From Eledone cirrhosa (Eukaryota): DNA of 64,000 bases. Below, piece after piece: positions 1 to 10,641 of the stretch. Under the pieces are notes generated by a model. It was not told the origin of the DNA. It did not search any database and saw nothing but the letters and a program-made list of their open reading frames with translations. Numbering within the stretch: position 1 is the stretch's first letter; each line of letters starts with the position of its first letter. The position numbers were made by a program, and so were the translations under genes. The stretch spans positions 4,216,001 to 4,280,000 of the forward strand of contig OZ024745.1 of the NCBI GenBank assembly GCA_964016885.1, read 5' to 3'.

Positions 1-120
1 AGTACAGCGTTCCTTTGTCAGTGTTGAACAAACGAGCAACGATGGTTGCTGGACACTACGGCTTAATACGGGATGTTTGTTTACAAACACACCGAGCATT
101 ATAATAAATGTTTGGTGAAT

Positions 121-229
121 CCATACGTACATATATATATGTGTGCATGTATGTATATATATATACATACTACTGTACGTCTGTATACATATATGTATGT
201 ACGTGTACATATTTATATATATATATATC
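121..229. repeat. Degenerate (TA)n/TAYR alternating purine-pyrimidine microsatellite
   Basis: Runs such as atatatatat, gtatgtatatat and tatatatatatatatc. They produce the YIYV-rich N-terminus of ORF 108..530. Confidence 0.85.
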
Positions 230-1369
230 TATGGCGGAACTAAAGAAGAACTTCCAAACATGGAAGCAGGGATTAGAAAGAAGGGGTCTCAAAGTCAACC
301 TGACAAAGACTAAGGTCCTTGTAAGAAGACGAGAAAACAGAACACAGATCTCCTCAGGGAAATGGCCTTGCTCAGTATGTAGGAAAGGTGTAGGTAGGAA
401 CTCCACCCTCTCCCCCAAATGCAAACAATGGGTACACAGGAGATGTAGTGGGATCTCAGGAAGCTTAGTTAAGAATGTAGGCTTTACATGTAGCAGCTTC
501 ACCGGAACAGTAAGCAGTAAACAGCCATAGGAAACAAGCACTACCTAACACTGGGAGGGCTCTGTAGAAACAGTAGACAGCTTCTGCTACCTAGGTGACC
601 AAATTAGCAGCGGAGGTGGGTGTTCTGAAAGTACAGTAACCAGGGTAAGAACGGGATGGAAGAAGTTCAGGGAGCTCCTGCCACTGCTAGCTGCAAAACG
701 CTTTTCCCTCAAAATGAAAGGCAGACTGTATGATGTGTGTATACGAACAGCAATGTTACATGGTAGTGAGACCTGGGCGCTGTCTGTAGAAGACTTGTGC
801 AGATTAGAAAGAAATGTGTAATAGTAATATACGCGAACAGCAAAGCATAAACAAACTGAGAGAGACTGAGAATAAGAGGAATCAAATGCTGTGTGCAGGA
901 GAGGAGGATGCGTTGGTGTGGACATGTCGATGCGTTGGTGTAGAAGTCGATGGAAGCCGTTGAGTGGGGAGACCCAAGAAGACCTGGGATGAGGTGATAA
1001 AAGCCGACCTTACCTAATTGCACCTCTCAAAGGTGATGACACAGGACTATGACCTCTGGCATCACGCAGTAATACAGAAGACCCGACTTCCCACAGGTAC
1101 AAGCCGAAGCTGAAGCATATAGACAATATTCCCCCATCTCCTTCCACTGCAAAGTGGTCGTGTAGGCGCCACGGAAAAAAAGCACCCAGCCCTCACTGTA
1201 AATGAGGTTGGTGTTAGGAAGGGCATCCAGCTGTAGAAATCAAGCCAAAATCAGCTCCCGTATGAGCAAGACAAGGTCAGCCGACCTAACATTGCCAACA
1301 ACAGGACATCCCATGCTAGCGTGGAAGAATCGACGTAAAACGGTGATGATGATGATGATGATGATGATG
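230..1369 (+). mobile_element. 5'-truncated RTE-clade non-LTR retrotransposon (end of RT, Cys/His finger insert, C-terminus, 3' UTR, (GAT)n tail); disrupted
   Basis: Translates to WKQGLERRGLKVNLTKTKVL...KWPCSVCRKGVG...CKQWVHRRCSG. After a stop and frameshift it reads VDSFCYLGDQISSGGGCSES...RVRTGWKKFRELLPLL...GRLYDVCIRTAMLHGSETWAL, an RTE-type YLG...ETW region. Ends in (GAT)n at ~1344-1369. Confidence 0.85.
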
Positions 1370-1427
1370 ATTATATATATATATAATTTTTGATGATTTA
1401 GTGTTAAAGAATAAAACTAATGTTAAA

Positions 1428-1640
1428 ATCATCATCATCATCATCATCATTGTTTAACGTCCTTTTTTCCATGCTCGCATGGGTTAGACAAGTTGTCATG
1501 ATATGAGACAAACCAGGTCAGATGACCATGTCTTGCTTATAAAGAACTGGTTTGGGCTTGGTTTCTAAAGCCGGATGCTCTTCCGAATGTCAACCAGATT
1601 TACAGTGTGGACTGGGAGCTTTTTGTCATGTCACCTACAG
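1428..1640 (-). mobile_element. Retroposon 3' tail (same family as the 1165-1369 tail), opposite orientation
   Basis: Starts with (ATC)n, then tttaacgtcc...ccatgctcgcatgg and gtttcta..gccggatgctcttcc..tgtcaacc. This is the reverse complement of gttggtgttaggaagggcatccagctgtagaaa...catgctagcgtgg...gacgtaaaa(GAT)n. Confidence 0.8.
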
Positions 1641-2068
1641 GACCACTATACAGAGTGGGCTTGGGTGTTTTTTGTTGTGACACGTACATGACCACTTTAC
1701 AGTGTGGGCTGGGGACTTTTGTTGTGACACCTACATGACCACTTTACAGCGTGGACTGGGTGTTTTTTGTTGACACGTAGACGACTACTTGACAGTGTAG
1801 GCTGGGGACTTTTTGTTGTGACACCTACACGACTACTTGACAGTGTAGGCTGGGGACTTTTTGTCGTGACACCTACACGACTACTTTACAGTGTGGGCTG
1901 GGGACTTTTTGTCGTGACACCTACACAACTACTTTACAGTGTGGGCTGGGGACTTTTTGTCGTGACACCTACACGACTTCTTTACAGTGTAAGCTGGGGA
2001 CTTTTTGTCGTGACACCTACATGACTACTGTACAGTGTGGGCTGGGGACTTTTTGTCATGTCACCTAC
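1598..2068. repeat. 48-bp minisatellite, ~10 copies, derived from the retroposon tail
   Basis: Unit cgactactttacagtgtgggctggggactttttgtcgtgacacctaca, seen as the 16-aa repeat RLL(D/Y)SVGWGLFVVTPT in ORF 1767..2024. A single-copy homologue, tttacagtgagtgctgggtgcttttttgccgtggcatc, lies at ~5892-5930. Confidence 0.9.
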
Positions 2069-3676
2069 AATCCTCTAAATAATTACAAATGTTCATCCTG
2101 AACATCTTTGTTGCTTCTGCTGCTACACACATATCTTAGACTAAAGAAGATAATTTAGCTGATTGGCTGACTGTAATAGCAGATGACGGTGACTTCATCC
2201 TCCTGGTTGGTCAACACAAGGATGGCTACTTTAGAGTGCATGTTAGCTATGGTTATGGCTTGAAAAATGAAGAGAGTCAAGGCTCCTAGAATTCTGAAAT
2301 GAAAATGACTTATTTGCAACACTAACTTCAGAAAATTGGCTAGCTAGCCAACCAGTTAATTAGGTGAGCAGACAAGCCAGATTGATTTTTTACTTTTTTG
2401 AAAATGTGATAGACTGATGATTATGATTGCTCAGTCCTTTTCTGAAGAAGAATGTACCTCCCAACCTAAGTTAGTTATTAGTGACATCAGAATGAGGACC
2501 AAACAAAACATGAAAATCTGGAGAAGGAGATTATGGCAGCTGACTCTTTGGTAAATATAGGTTTAGAAATTCTCTATTTGATATGTATGATGAGAGGGAG
2601 AGAGGAATTAGATACATATGACATAGAGAAAAATTGGAAGTTCCTACTTTACAGCTTACTTCAGATTACTGACAATATCTGTGACTGGAAGAAGGATCTA
2701 GTCACATGACCTGATAGTGGAACAGCACTATAGATAAAGTGTTGAAAGTCAAGTGGCAGGTGTGGAAAAGTCTCAAGTAGCGAAATGACAAGCTGAACAA
2801 TAGATATAAATATGACAGAAAAATATTGAAAGCTGGAACTTTGCCAATATGAGGACCAGTGTTGGGTGGAGTTCTCTACTACAAAGCAGTGTGTCAGTGT
2901 GAATCAGGACGTTGGGATAAAGTGTGTTTGAAATGACACTGGTGCACTTAGCATCACTGATGCTCAAAAGAAAGAGATCTGGAATTGTTACTATGAGTAG
3001 TTGATAAATTGGAGCAAGACAATCTACCCCTAACTGACCCAACAGAAGGACCGGGTATGGAAATTGACAGTTATAGAGTCAAAGAAGGAATCAAGAAGAT
3101 AAATAATAATAAAGCTGCTGGATTGTCAGAGATAGTTACTGAGATGTTGAAATCATCTGGAGCCAAGCTTAGTCTGTATAATGAATAAGGTAGTTAAGGT
3201 TGTGGTCATACCTAATGACTACCCTAGCAGTATACTCATTAATTGTTACAAGGTGATGCTCTAGAATGGAGCACTACAGAAGCATGTAACTGATGGATCA
3301 AATTATGAAAGTAACAGAGTTTTAGCACAACTAATTAGGGAAAGAGTCAAATTAGATAAGATCTAGTTTTGTGTTGCGGAGAAATACAGCTGCTCCTTTC
3401 TTAGTAAATGCCTACCTTAGTGTAAGCTGTCATTAATCTGGAGAAGGCCTTTGACAGGGTTCCACAATATGTTATCTGGTGGTCCATAAAGAAACTGAGA
3501 GTAGATGAGTGGCTTGTGAGAGCAGTGTAAGCAATGTATAAATATGTCAGTAAAGTGAGAGAAGGTAAGGAGTTTAGTGAAGAACTCAACATGCAGGTAA
3601 GTTTCTGTTGGGGTTCAGTCCTGTTTATTTATAGTTTTTCAGAAGTTTTAAAGAAGTTTAAAACTGGCATCTTCAC

Positions 3677-3790
3677 TGTGAAGGTTAGTTGGTAGAAAGT
3701 TGGATACACAATCGTGAGGTTGTGAGTTCGATTCCCAGGCCGGGCGATGCGTTATGTCCTTGAGCAAGACACTTTATTTCATGTTGCAAC
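3677..3790 (+). mobile_element. tRNA-derived SINE 5' part with CORE-like domain, inserted in the RTE LINE
   Basis: B-box-like gagttcgattccc followed by CORE-like tgtccttgagcaagacactttatttc. Reverse-complement homologues lie at ~5995-6120 and ~10245-10368. Confidence 0.75.
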
Positions 3791-3989
3791 TGGTATTAGC
3801 AATTTGAAAAACTAATGGAAACATTGTTTCCTTGGTCCGATCTGACAAGTTCCACCCCACTCAATAAGTGAATGGGATGGATCTTGTTGATTTCGATCAA
3901 TAAAACTGGCTGTCAATGGGAACTTCTGCATGCTAATGAGGTGGTTCTTATTGCTAAATCTGTAGAAAAGATGGAGAAGATATTTTAGT

Positions 3990-4511
3990 TGTGGATAAGG
4001 TGTTTGGAATAACATTACTCAATAGTGTGAGTAGCTCGAAGATGAGAGAGTCAATCCAGGTAGAGCTGCTACTTCTCCAAATTGAGAGATCACAGCTCTG
4101 ATACTACGGGGATGTGGTTAGAATGTCTCAGAAAAGAATCACAGGACAAATTTTATGGGCAAAACGAACTGGCAGGAGACCCAGGGGTAGACCCCAAGCA
4201 AGATTGTTGGATAACATCCATGAGCTTGGCTGGTCTCGCTTGGGGATCCAGCCCAGTCAGTTGGAGACGGTGGCTTCTGACAGGTGGAGTTGGGGATCCA
4301 GCCCAGTCAGTTGGAGACGGTGGCTTCTGACAGGTGGAGTTGGGGATCCAGCCCAGTCAGTTGGAGACGGTGGCTTCTGACAGGTGGAGTTGGGGATCCA
4401 GCCCAGTCAGTTGGAGACGGTGGCTTCTGACAGGTGGAGCTTTTGAGGACAGAGAATGTTTGAAGACTGGCCCCATAACCCTCTCAGGAATAATTGGGAG
4501 AAGAAGAAGAA
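3990..4511 (+). mobile_element. 3' fragment of a second, different LINE family (RTE-like C-terminus) ending in (GAA)n, nested in the 2130-5243 element
   Basis: Translates to LLLQIERSQL*YYGDVVRMSQKRITGQILWAKRTGRRPRGRPQARLLD (RPRGRP motif). A gaagaagaagaag tail at ~4499-4511 is followed directly by resumption of the host RT. Confidence 0.65.
4241..4440. repeat. 50-bp tandem repeat, 4 essentially perfect copies
   Basis: tggggatccagcccagtcagttggagacggtggcttctgacaggtggagt starts at 4241, 4291, 4341 and 4391. The last copy ends in c instead of t. Confidence 0.97.
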
Positions 4512-4597
4512 GTTAGAATCAAAAGTGCTGAGAGTAAACTTAGTTAAGAATAAAGTTCTAGCAGCAGGCAGACTAAAAGAAAAGCCAGGCTTTGTAT

Positions 4598-4721
4598 GGG
4601 AGAGTGGGACAGGGAGAGTGGGACAGGGAGAGTGGAATAGGGAGGGTGGGACAGGAAGCGTGGGACAGGGAGAGTGGGATAAGGAGAGTGGAATAGGGAG
4701 AGTGGGGCAGGGAGAGTGGGA
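4598..4721. repeat. 15-bp G-rich minisatellite (GGGAGAGTGGGACAG-like), ~8 copies
   Basis: gggagagtgggacagggagagtgggacagggagagtggaatagggagggtgggacagg... Confidence 0.85.
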
Positions 4722-5777
4722 TGTAATAACATCAGTAAAATAAACTCTTTCCAATTCCAGGAAACCTCTATAGAAGTAGTTGCCTTTGTTTCCTAGGCGA
4801 CCTAATGAAGGAGTTACCATTGACAACAGGTTTATCTCTATGAAGGAAAGTTCCACTGTATGATGTCTGCCTGCAATGTGCAATGATGCATAGTGAGATA
4901 TGGGCAGTAAATGCAGTAGATATGCAATGTTTGGAAAGAAATGAAGCGAGCATACTTTGATGGGTGTGAAATGTTAATGTGCATGAATGACAGCTGAGAG
5001 AAAAACTAGGTATAAGAGAAATGAGATGTAGTGTGTAGGAGAGAAGACTGCACTGGTATGGACATGTTCATGTGTATGGATGATTACCAGCGGAAGGAAG
5101 CTGTAGTGGAGGAAGACCTGCGCAGACATGGTGAGAGCTGATTACAAATTGTTGAAACTCAGGAAGGAGATGATGAAGGAATGAAGTGAATGGAGGAAAG
5201 CTGGGATAGAAAAATGAACGTGTAATGATGATGATGATGATGATAACTTACTCTTTTTTCTACATCTTATTTAATTAGTAGTTACACCTTTAGACATCAG
5301 AACTGGAGACTGCCAACTTGACTGTGGTGGTGCCAAGCATGAGGTGGAGGTTGAATCTCTAAACTGTGATGCCACATCATCAGCCTTGTCACTTTAGCCA
5401 GAAATCTACACACTGTTGACTGCAGAGGGGTGGAAGACGGCTAAATACTGGAATGTGATCAACTGCTTCCTTTCCGTGCTAGTCGCTGTTAACACCTCTC
5501 GTCTCTAGTCCTCAATCTCCAAACTGCCGTTTTCCTCCACAATATTAGGAGGTGTGTATCTCACCTGCAGAAGAAGTCCCCATGAGGAGGAGAGGTTGAT
5601 GCAGTGGGTATCACTGGCTGTTCTCTGTGGTAATACCTTCACCATTTTATCCGTGGAGCACAGCCAAGACACCTCGATTGGGGTGTACAGTTTGCCACTC
5701 CACTTTCTTCTTACTTTCATTATTTAAGTTTTTCCTTTTCTTTTCTTTTATTACAACAAACATTATATTAATATAAT

Positions 5778-5935
5778 TCATCATCATCATCATTTCATTT
5801 TACGTCCACTTTTCCCTGCTTGCAAGGGTGGGACGGGAACTGATTCTGGCTTGATTTCTACAGCTGGATGCCCTTCCTAACACCAACCTCATTTACAGTG
5901 AGTGCTGGGTGCTTTTTTGCCGTGGCATCTCCACG
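5778..5935 (-). mobile_element. Retroposon 3' tail with (ATC)n, same family as the 1165-1369 tail
   Basis: (tca)n...ttttacgtcc...ttctacagctggatgcccttcctaacaccaacctcatttacagtgag is a near-exact reverse complement of 1192-1239. Confidence 0.85.
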
Positions 5936-5974
5936 ACCACTTTGCAGTGGAATGATAGGGACCCCAGTCCCTAT

Positions 5975-6120
5975 CATCTCATTTCTACAGATGAGTAAAC
6001 TGGAGCAATGTGAAATAAAGTGCCTTGCTCAAGGAAACAACACATCACCTGGTCTGAGAATTGAACTCACAACCTTTCGATTGCAAGGCCAATGCTCTAA
6101 CCACTAAGCCATGTGCCTCC
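5975..6120 (-). mobile_element. tRNA-derived CORE-like SINE (partial)
   Basis: ggagcaatgtgaaataaagtgccttgctcaagga...gaattgaactcacaacctt..gattg...ctaaccactaagccatg. The minus strand gives A-box-like tggcttagtggttag and B-box-like gagttcaattc. Confidence 0.8.
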
Positions 6121-6563
6121 ATTACATTATATAATTTAATTGAAATTTATTGAATAAAAGTTTTTAATATAAAAAAGAAAACTATGTAGTTTTAGTTGGT
6201 GAATAGATGAGAAATAATTTTATTCACAGTTGTATAAATAACATTACAAAAACATAAATAGCCTTACCAATTGCTCCCAATTCTTTCAGAATAACATTAC
6301 AAATATATTAATAATAATAATAATGAAATTATTGTGTAAAGTGCTCAGGTGCACTACAACTCGTCAAAGGTGTATGTATAGTACATAGAATAATACACAA
6401 ATGTCAGGGAAGTGAATAGTGTATGAGTCATGGTATACATGTGTGTATGTGTATGGAGGGGGAACATTAGGTGTAGTGTTGGCGGATCTCGGGAAGCATG
6501 GAGGCCTTAAAGGATGCAGTGTCTCGACAGCTAACAACCGATGCAGGTAGTTTGTTCCATGCT

Positions 6564-7760
6564 TCAGCAACTCTGAGCGTGAAAAAATTGTTTCAGAAAG
6601 TCATGGGAACTGTGCTGTTTTCTGCCTTTTTGGGCATGCCCACGTGTGTTAGACACAGGGAAATCAAAAAGGTACTCAGGGTTGTTGTTGGCAAGATAGT
6701 TAACAATTTTGTGGGTGTTTACCAAGTCAGTTGCCAGGCGTCGGAGCTTCAATGTATCCATGCCCAGGGAATCAAGGTGCTCAGAGTATGGTAGATGCCT
6801 GATGGAGGGTATTCGCTTGGTTGCACGTCTCTGAACAGTTTCCAGGCGGTCAATGTTCTGAGCAAGATAGGGGTTCCAGACTGGTGATGCAAATTCTAAG
6901 TGTGGCCGCACCATAACCATGTACAGCCTTAAATAGATAGCTGGAGAGCGGCTGACAAAGGTCTTGCTGAGTGATGCTAAGACATCCTCAGCCCTCTTGA
7001 CAATTTTAGAGACGTGCTTCCTCCAACGCAAATCGCTGCTGACCGTAATGCCCAGATCACGTTCACAAGAAGACTTCTTGATATTAGTGCTGTGGAGGGA
7101 GTATGTGGACGCTGGGTTTTTACTCCCAGAATGCATGGTGGTGCACTTGTCCACAGCTAGCTTGAGTTGCCAGTCTGAGATCCATTGTTGCATTGTGTCC
7201 AGGTCAGACTGCAAGCAAGATCTATAGTGTTCTGGATCTGTCCTTTTTATCTCAAGGTACAGCTTGATGTCATCTTTGTACTTTAGTACCGTGGCATTCT
7301 TTAAGTTGGCATCTATGTCATTAATATATGTCACAAACAAAAGGGGGCCAAGAACAGATCCCTGTGGTACACCAGATGACATTTCATATGGTGAGGAATG
7401 CTGTCCCAGAACCGTGACTACCTCTCTTCGACTGAGAAGGAAGGACTTCAGCCAGTTAAAAAGATCATCCTTCACACCCATTGCAGAGAGTTTTGCCATA
7501 AGCCTTTTGTGTGGCACAGAATTGAAGGCTTTCGCAAAGTCAAGGTAAACAACATCCACCCATGAGCCGCCATCAGTGATCCGGGTGGTGTCCTCAAGAA
7601 ACTTGATAAGTTGATCACAGCAGCTGGAGTTGGGGATAAATCCAAATTGCGAGGGCTGGATAAGACTGTGAGAGCTCCAGAAGTTCCAAAGTGTTTCTCT
7701 GACACAGGATTCCATCAGTTTGGCAATGCAACTAGTAAGACTGACTGGACGATAGTTCAC
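6564..7760 (-). pseudogene. LINE ORF2 reverse transcriptase domain (fragment of a frameshifted ORF)
   Basis: Motifs NYRPVSLTS, QFGF, YLDFAKAFNSVPH, SGVPQGSVLGPLLF, YKDD (at the YADD position), ERDLGI, VRPHLEFASPVWNP and LETVQRRATK. Confidence 0.93.
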
Positions 7761-8442
7761 AGGTGATGTGCGGTCACCCTTTTTGAACAGAGGAATGACA
7801 CTGGCAGTTTTCCACTGTTCTGGAGTAGCACTGTTGTTCAGACAGAATTGGAAGAAGCGTGATAACTGGTGCAGAAGGAAGTACCCACCATGTTTAAGAA
7901 GCAGGTATGTAACACCATCAAGACCAGGAGAGGCATGGTTGCGTTTATTTTTTAGGTCGCAGCATTGCAGGTGTAAATTCCATGGTTGTAATAGAGTCTG
8001 GTGTCATAGGTGGAGGAGATGGTACACTCTGGTCTTCAATAGTGAAAATGCCTGCATAGCATTCAGCAATGAGCTCTGCGCATTCCTTGGGGTCGTCAGT
8101 AACCTGGCTTGTGTGGGAATTGTGAAGAGGACCAACTGGAGAGTGAGGCCTCTGCTTTGAGTGAACATACTTCCAGAACATCTTACTGTCAGGGCTAGTT
8201 GCTATGCACTGCTCAAATTGAAGCACTGCCTTTTTTGTCACCTGTTTGAGATGGTTGGATGATTTATTTCGCTTCTTCCTATTAATGTCTGATTTGTGAA
8301 GTTTGTACTCACGTTCAGCATTGCGCCATTCTTTTCTGGCAAGACGGACTGCTGCAGTCTCTCAAATTGCACTTTTGGGATGTTTTTTCCGCTTACGTGG
8401 CACCGATGTTGCACATGCTGTCCATATTGAGCTTAGGATGTT

Positions 8443-9318
8443 CTAGAGTACAGTGTTGACATCTCCAGAGTCGTAGAACTCAAGCCAGTTTGGCAGTTGC
8501 AACTCGGTGCAGTAACAGTTCCAGTCTGCTTTATTCCAGTCAAAGTGAACAGTTTGGAGATGGTTGTGGTTCTTGTTACTGCCCATGAGGGATAGATTGG
8601 CAATGATCATAGCATGATCAGAGTCACCTAAAGGTTCCTCAGCAGTAACACTAATGACCGTTTCAGGAGTAGTGGTGAAGAGTAGGTCCAAAGTGTTGTA
8701 ACCTCTTGTTGAGGAGGTGACTACTTGGGACCAACTCGAGTCCAGCACTAGCTCAAGGAAGTCATTTGCACTTGGCGGCCAACGAAAGGTTTCCCAGTCA
8801 ATCTCAGGGTGATTGAAGTCTCCTGCAATGAAAACATAAGTGGCTGTTTTCCCGGCAACCGCTCTGAGGATGTCACAAAGTTGAGTGTCCTGATGGTAAT
8901 TTGGGGGACGGTAAACGACTCCAAGTAGCAGTGCTGACATGGTCATACGTATATCGCAGATAAAAACTTCCTGCTGTGATTGGTTCAAATCAACACAAGG
9001 AATTGCCGACATATTTGACCGAACGTAGACCATTACTCCACCACCACGACGATTAATTCGGTCTTTACGAAACAGGTTGTAACCAGTCATGCTGAAAACC
9101 CCATCACAGAGTAAGGGATGTGCCCAAGTTTCCGTGACTGTAATGAAGTCAGGGTTGATACTTTTGACGTAGGAGTCAAAAAGATGAATCTTATTGCATA
9201 GACTACGTGCATTCAAGGACAGCAATTTGTACCTTGATTCCAGTATATGATTATGTACAGGGGATGGCAGCTTGTTCTGATTTAGTTTCCCAATGGCGTT
9301 GATCACAAATATAAACAT
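8443..9318 (-). pseudogene. LINE ORF2 apurinic/apyrimidinic endonuclease domain (ends at a premature stop)
   Basis: Motifs SLNARSL, TVTETW, RKDR..RRGGGV, VVYRPP, AGDFNHP, TRG.NTLDL and LGDSDH. Confidence 0.92.
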
Positions 9319-9832
9319 AACAAATACAATTAACCATCGCTAGGAACCTCACAAAAACACCAAAATATATCACCAGAACGAGAGAAAGAAAAAAAGAGAG
9401 AAAAAATAAAAAGGGGGTAAGTAAAAACAAAAACGGAAACGACCATCAATTTAGTAAGGGTTAATGGAATATTTTGAGGTCAGCCAACTCGCAACATTAC
9501 CTCGGGTGATGGTGAATTATTGGCTAAAGGGAAATAACTCCTAATGCATTACTTTGCTCGTGCTAAAAAACAACTACCATTTAAAACCATTTAAACAGCT
9601 CATATATAAATAACAAGTACAGATTCATTGAATATGAATAGAATAAATAGATTAAAACATCCCCTACTGCTGAATAACAATATAATCTTATTACAAATAA
9701 AAGGAAGACTGTTTTTCTAGGTCACCAGGTTATCAAGTCACCAACTACACAATATACTTGATTATAAATAAAACAATGACTAAATACATGAATAGATGTG
9801 AAATTTGAAAGTATTTTAACAATTGCATCATA

Positions 9833-10026
9833 TGAGGGTCGGCTGAAAACTTCATAGGCTGATCAAGATACTCTCATGGAATGACCAAATGTGGTTTATT
9901 TTTCAACATAGTCCCTGGAAAAAAACAATCCTGTTATTAATCAGAAGAGTTGAAATTAATGTAAGATTTCACAACCCTAGCATCACTCCTTCATAGTCAG
10001 CCTATGAACTGTTCATCCGACCCTCG
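9833..10026. mobile_element. Non-autonomous mariner/Tc1-type MITE (~194 bp) with ~30-bp TIRs and TA flanks
   Basis: The left end reads TA|tgagggtcggctgaaaacttcataggctga. The right end, reverse-complemented, reads TA|cgagggtcggatgaacagttcataggctga. TA sits at 9831-9832 and 10027-10028. Confidence 0.88.
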
Positions 10027-10107
10027 TATCATTGTTGTGGACGAGTTCTATTATTCAGGCAGTTTGGTTGGACCACTAGTGCTTCAGTTGATTCAATCAA
10101 AATAACT

Positions 10108-10368
10108 GTCTACTTGTGAAATTAATGTGTAAGTGGCTGAACATTCCAGAAACACGTGTACCCATAGCGTAGTTCTCAGGGAGATTCAGCAAGATACAAG
10201 TGTGATAAGGCTGGCTCCTTGAATTACAATTCAAGATTCCTGAGTGGAGTGGAGCAATGTGAAATAGTGTCTTGCTCAAGGATACAATGTGCCACCTGGC
10301 CTGGGAATTGAACTCACAACCTTACGATTGTGAGCTAAACACCCTAACCACTAAGCCATGCACCTTCA
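10108..10368 (-). mobile_element. Near full-length tRNA-derived CORE-like SINE
   Basis: Same head and CORE segment as 5975-6120 (ggagcaatgtgaaatagtgtcttgctcaagga...gggaattgaactcacaacctt...ctaaccactaagccatg), plus a ~130-bp 3' body. Confidence 0.8.
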
Positions 10369-10474
10369 CCATTCCAACAACAATATTGTCAACATGAGAA
10401 AGTATTTGTTATTAAAAAAAATAATTTTCTTAAACACTTTATAATTGACTCATCAATATTAAAAATTGAATCTA

Positions 10475-10641
10475 CCATATATAAGCCGAGGAATATGTGA
10501 CCCAAAAATCGATGGCTTATTTTTGGGGTCAATATTTTAATCATTTTCACCAACTTCGAATTCTACATAAATAAGGTTTGGAATTTTGCCCATTTCTCAG
10601 ACATAAAATAGTGGGGTCAGCTTATATTTATGTATATATGG
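10475..10641. mobile_element. Tc2/pogo-like MITE remnant with imperfect TIRs and TA flanks
   Basis: The left end reads TA|ccatatataagccga. The right end, reverse-complemented, reads TA|ccatatatacataaatataagctga. There is also an internal inverted pair gacccaaaaat/atttttggggtc. Confidence 0.6.

Larger units (their letters stand above)
2130..5243 (+). mobile_element. Highly decayed, near full-ORF RTE-clade LINE (APE + RT + C-terminus, (GAT)n tail) with nested insertions
   Basis: APE remnants: DGYFRVHVSYGYGLKNEE/RLLEF (~2220-2295), ICNTNFRK, QIDFLL, EECTSQPKLVISD (~2445-2485). RT remnants: NKAAGLSEIVTEMLK (~3108-3150) and LEKAFDRVPQYVIWWSIKKLRVDEWLVRAV (~3438-3527). It resumes at LESKVLRVNLVKNKVL (~4512), then FLGDL, EIWAV, LERNEASIL, RRLHWYGHV, and ends in (GAT)n at ~5225-5243. 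Many stops and frameshifts. Confidence 0.8.
6309..9400 (-). mobile_element. CR1-clade (CR1/L2 group) LINE with near-complete ORF2, frameshifted; (ATT)n tail
   Basis: APE domain at 8443-9318, linker at 7945-8241 and RT at 6564-7760. The C-terminal NTRGH is followed, after a frameshift, by FTLRVAEAWNKLPASVV...SFK. The plus strand shows (TAA)n at 6309-6323. The 5' boundary is approximate. Confidence 0.9.

Noticed and set aside
1767-2024. 85-aa ORF with a 16-aa repeat
   Set aside because: It is an in-frame translation of the 48-bp retroposon-derived minisatellite, with a non-ATG start.
3700-3745. tRNA-like A/B boxes (also at 6055-6112 and 10303-10360)
   Set aside because: There is no cloverleaf, and each is followed by a CORE-like body, so these are SINE heads rather than tRNA genes.
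4082-4883. Several overlapping ORFs on both strands
   Set aside because: They are by-products of the 50-bp and 15-bp repeats and of LINE remnants.
5290-5720. Moderately GC-rich unique-looking segment with a 71-aa minus-strand ORF
   Set aside because: No recognisable domain or convincing exon boundaries. It may be another decayed TE, but I cannot assign it.
6498-8160. Plus-strand ORFs antisense to the CR1 LINE
   Set aside because: They are shadow ORFs opposite a real RT coding strand and carry no motifs of their own.
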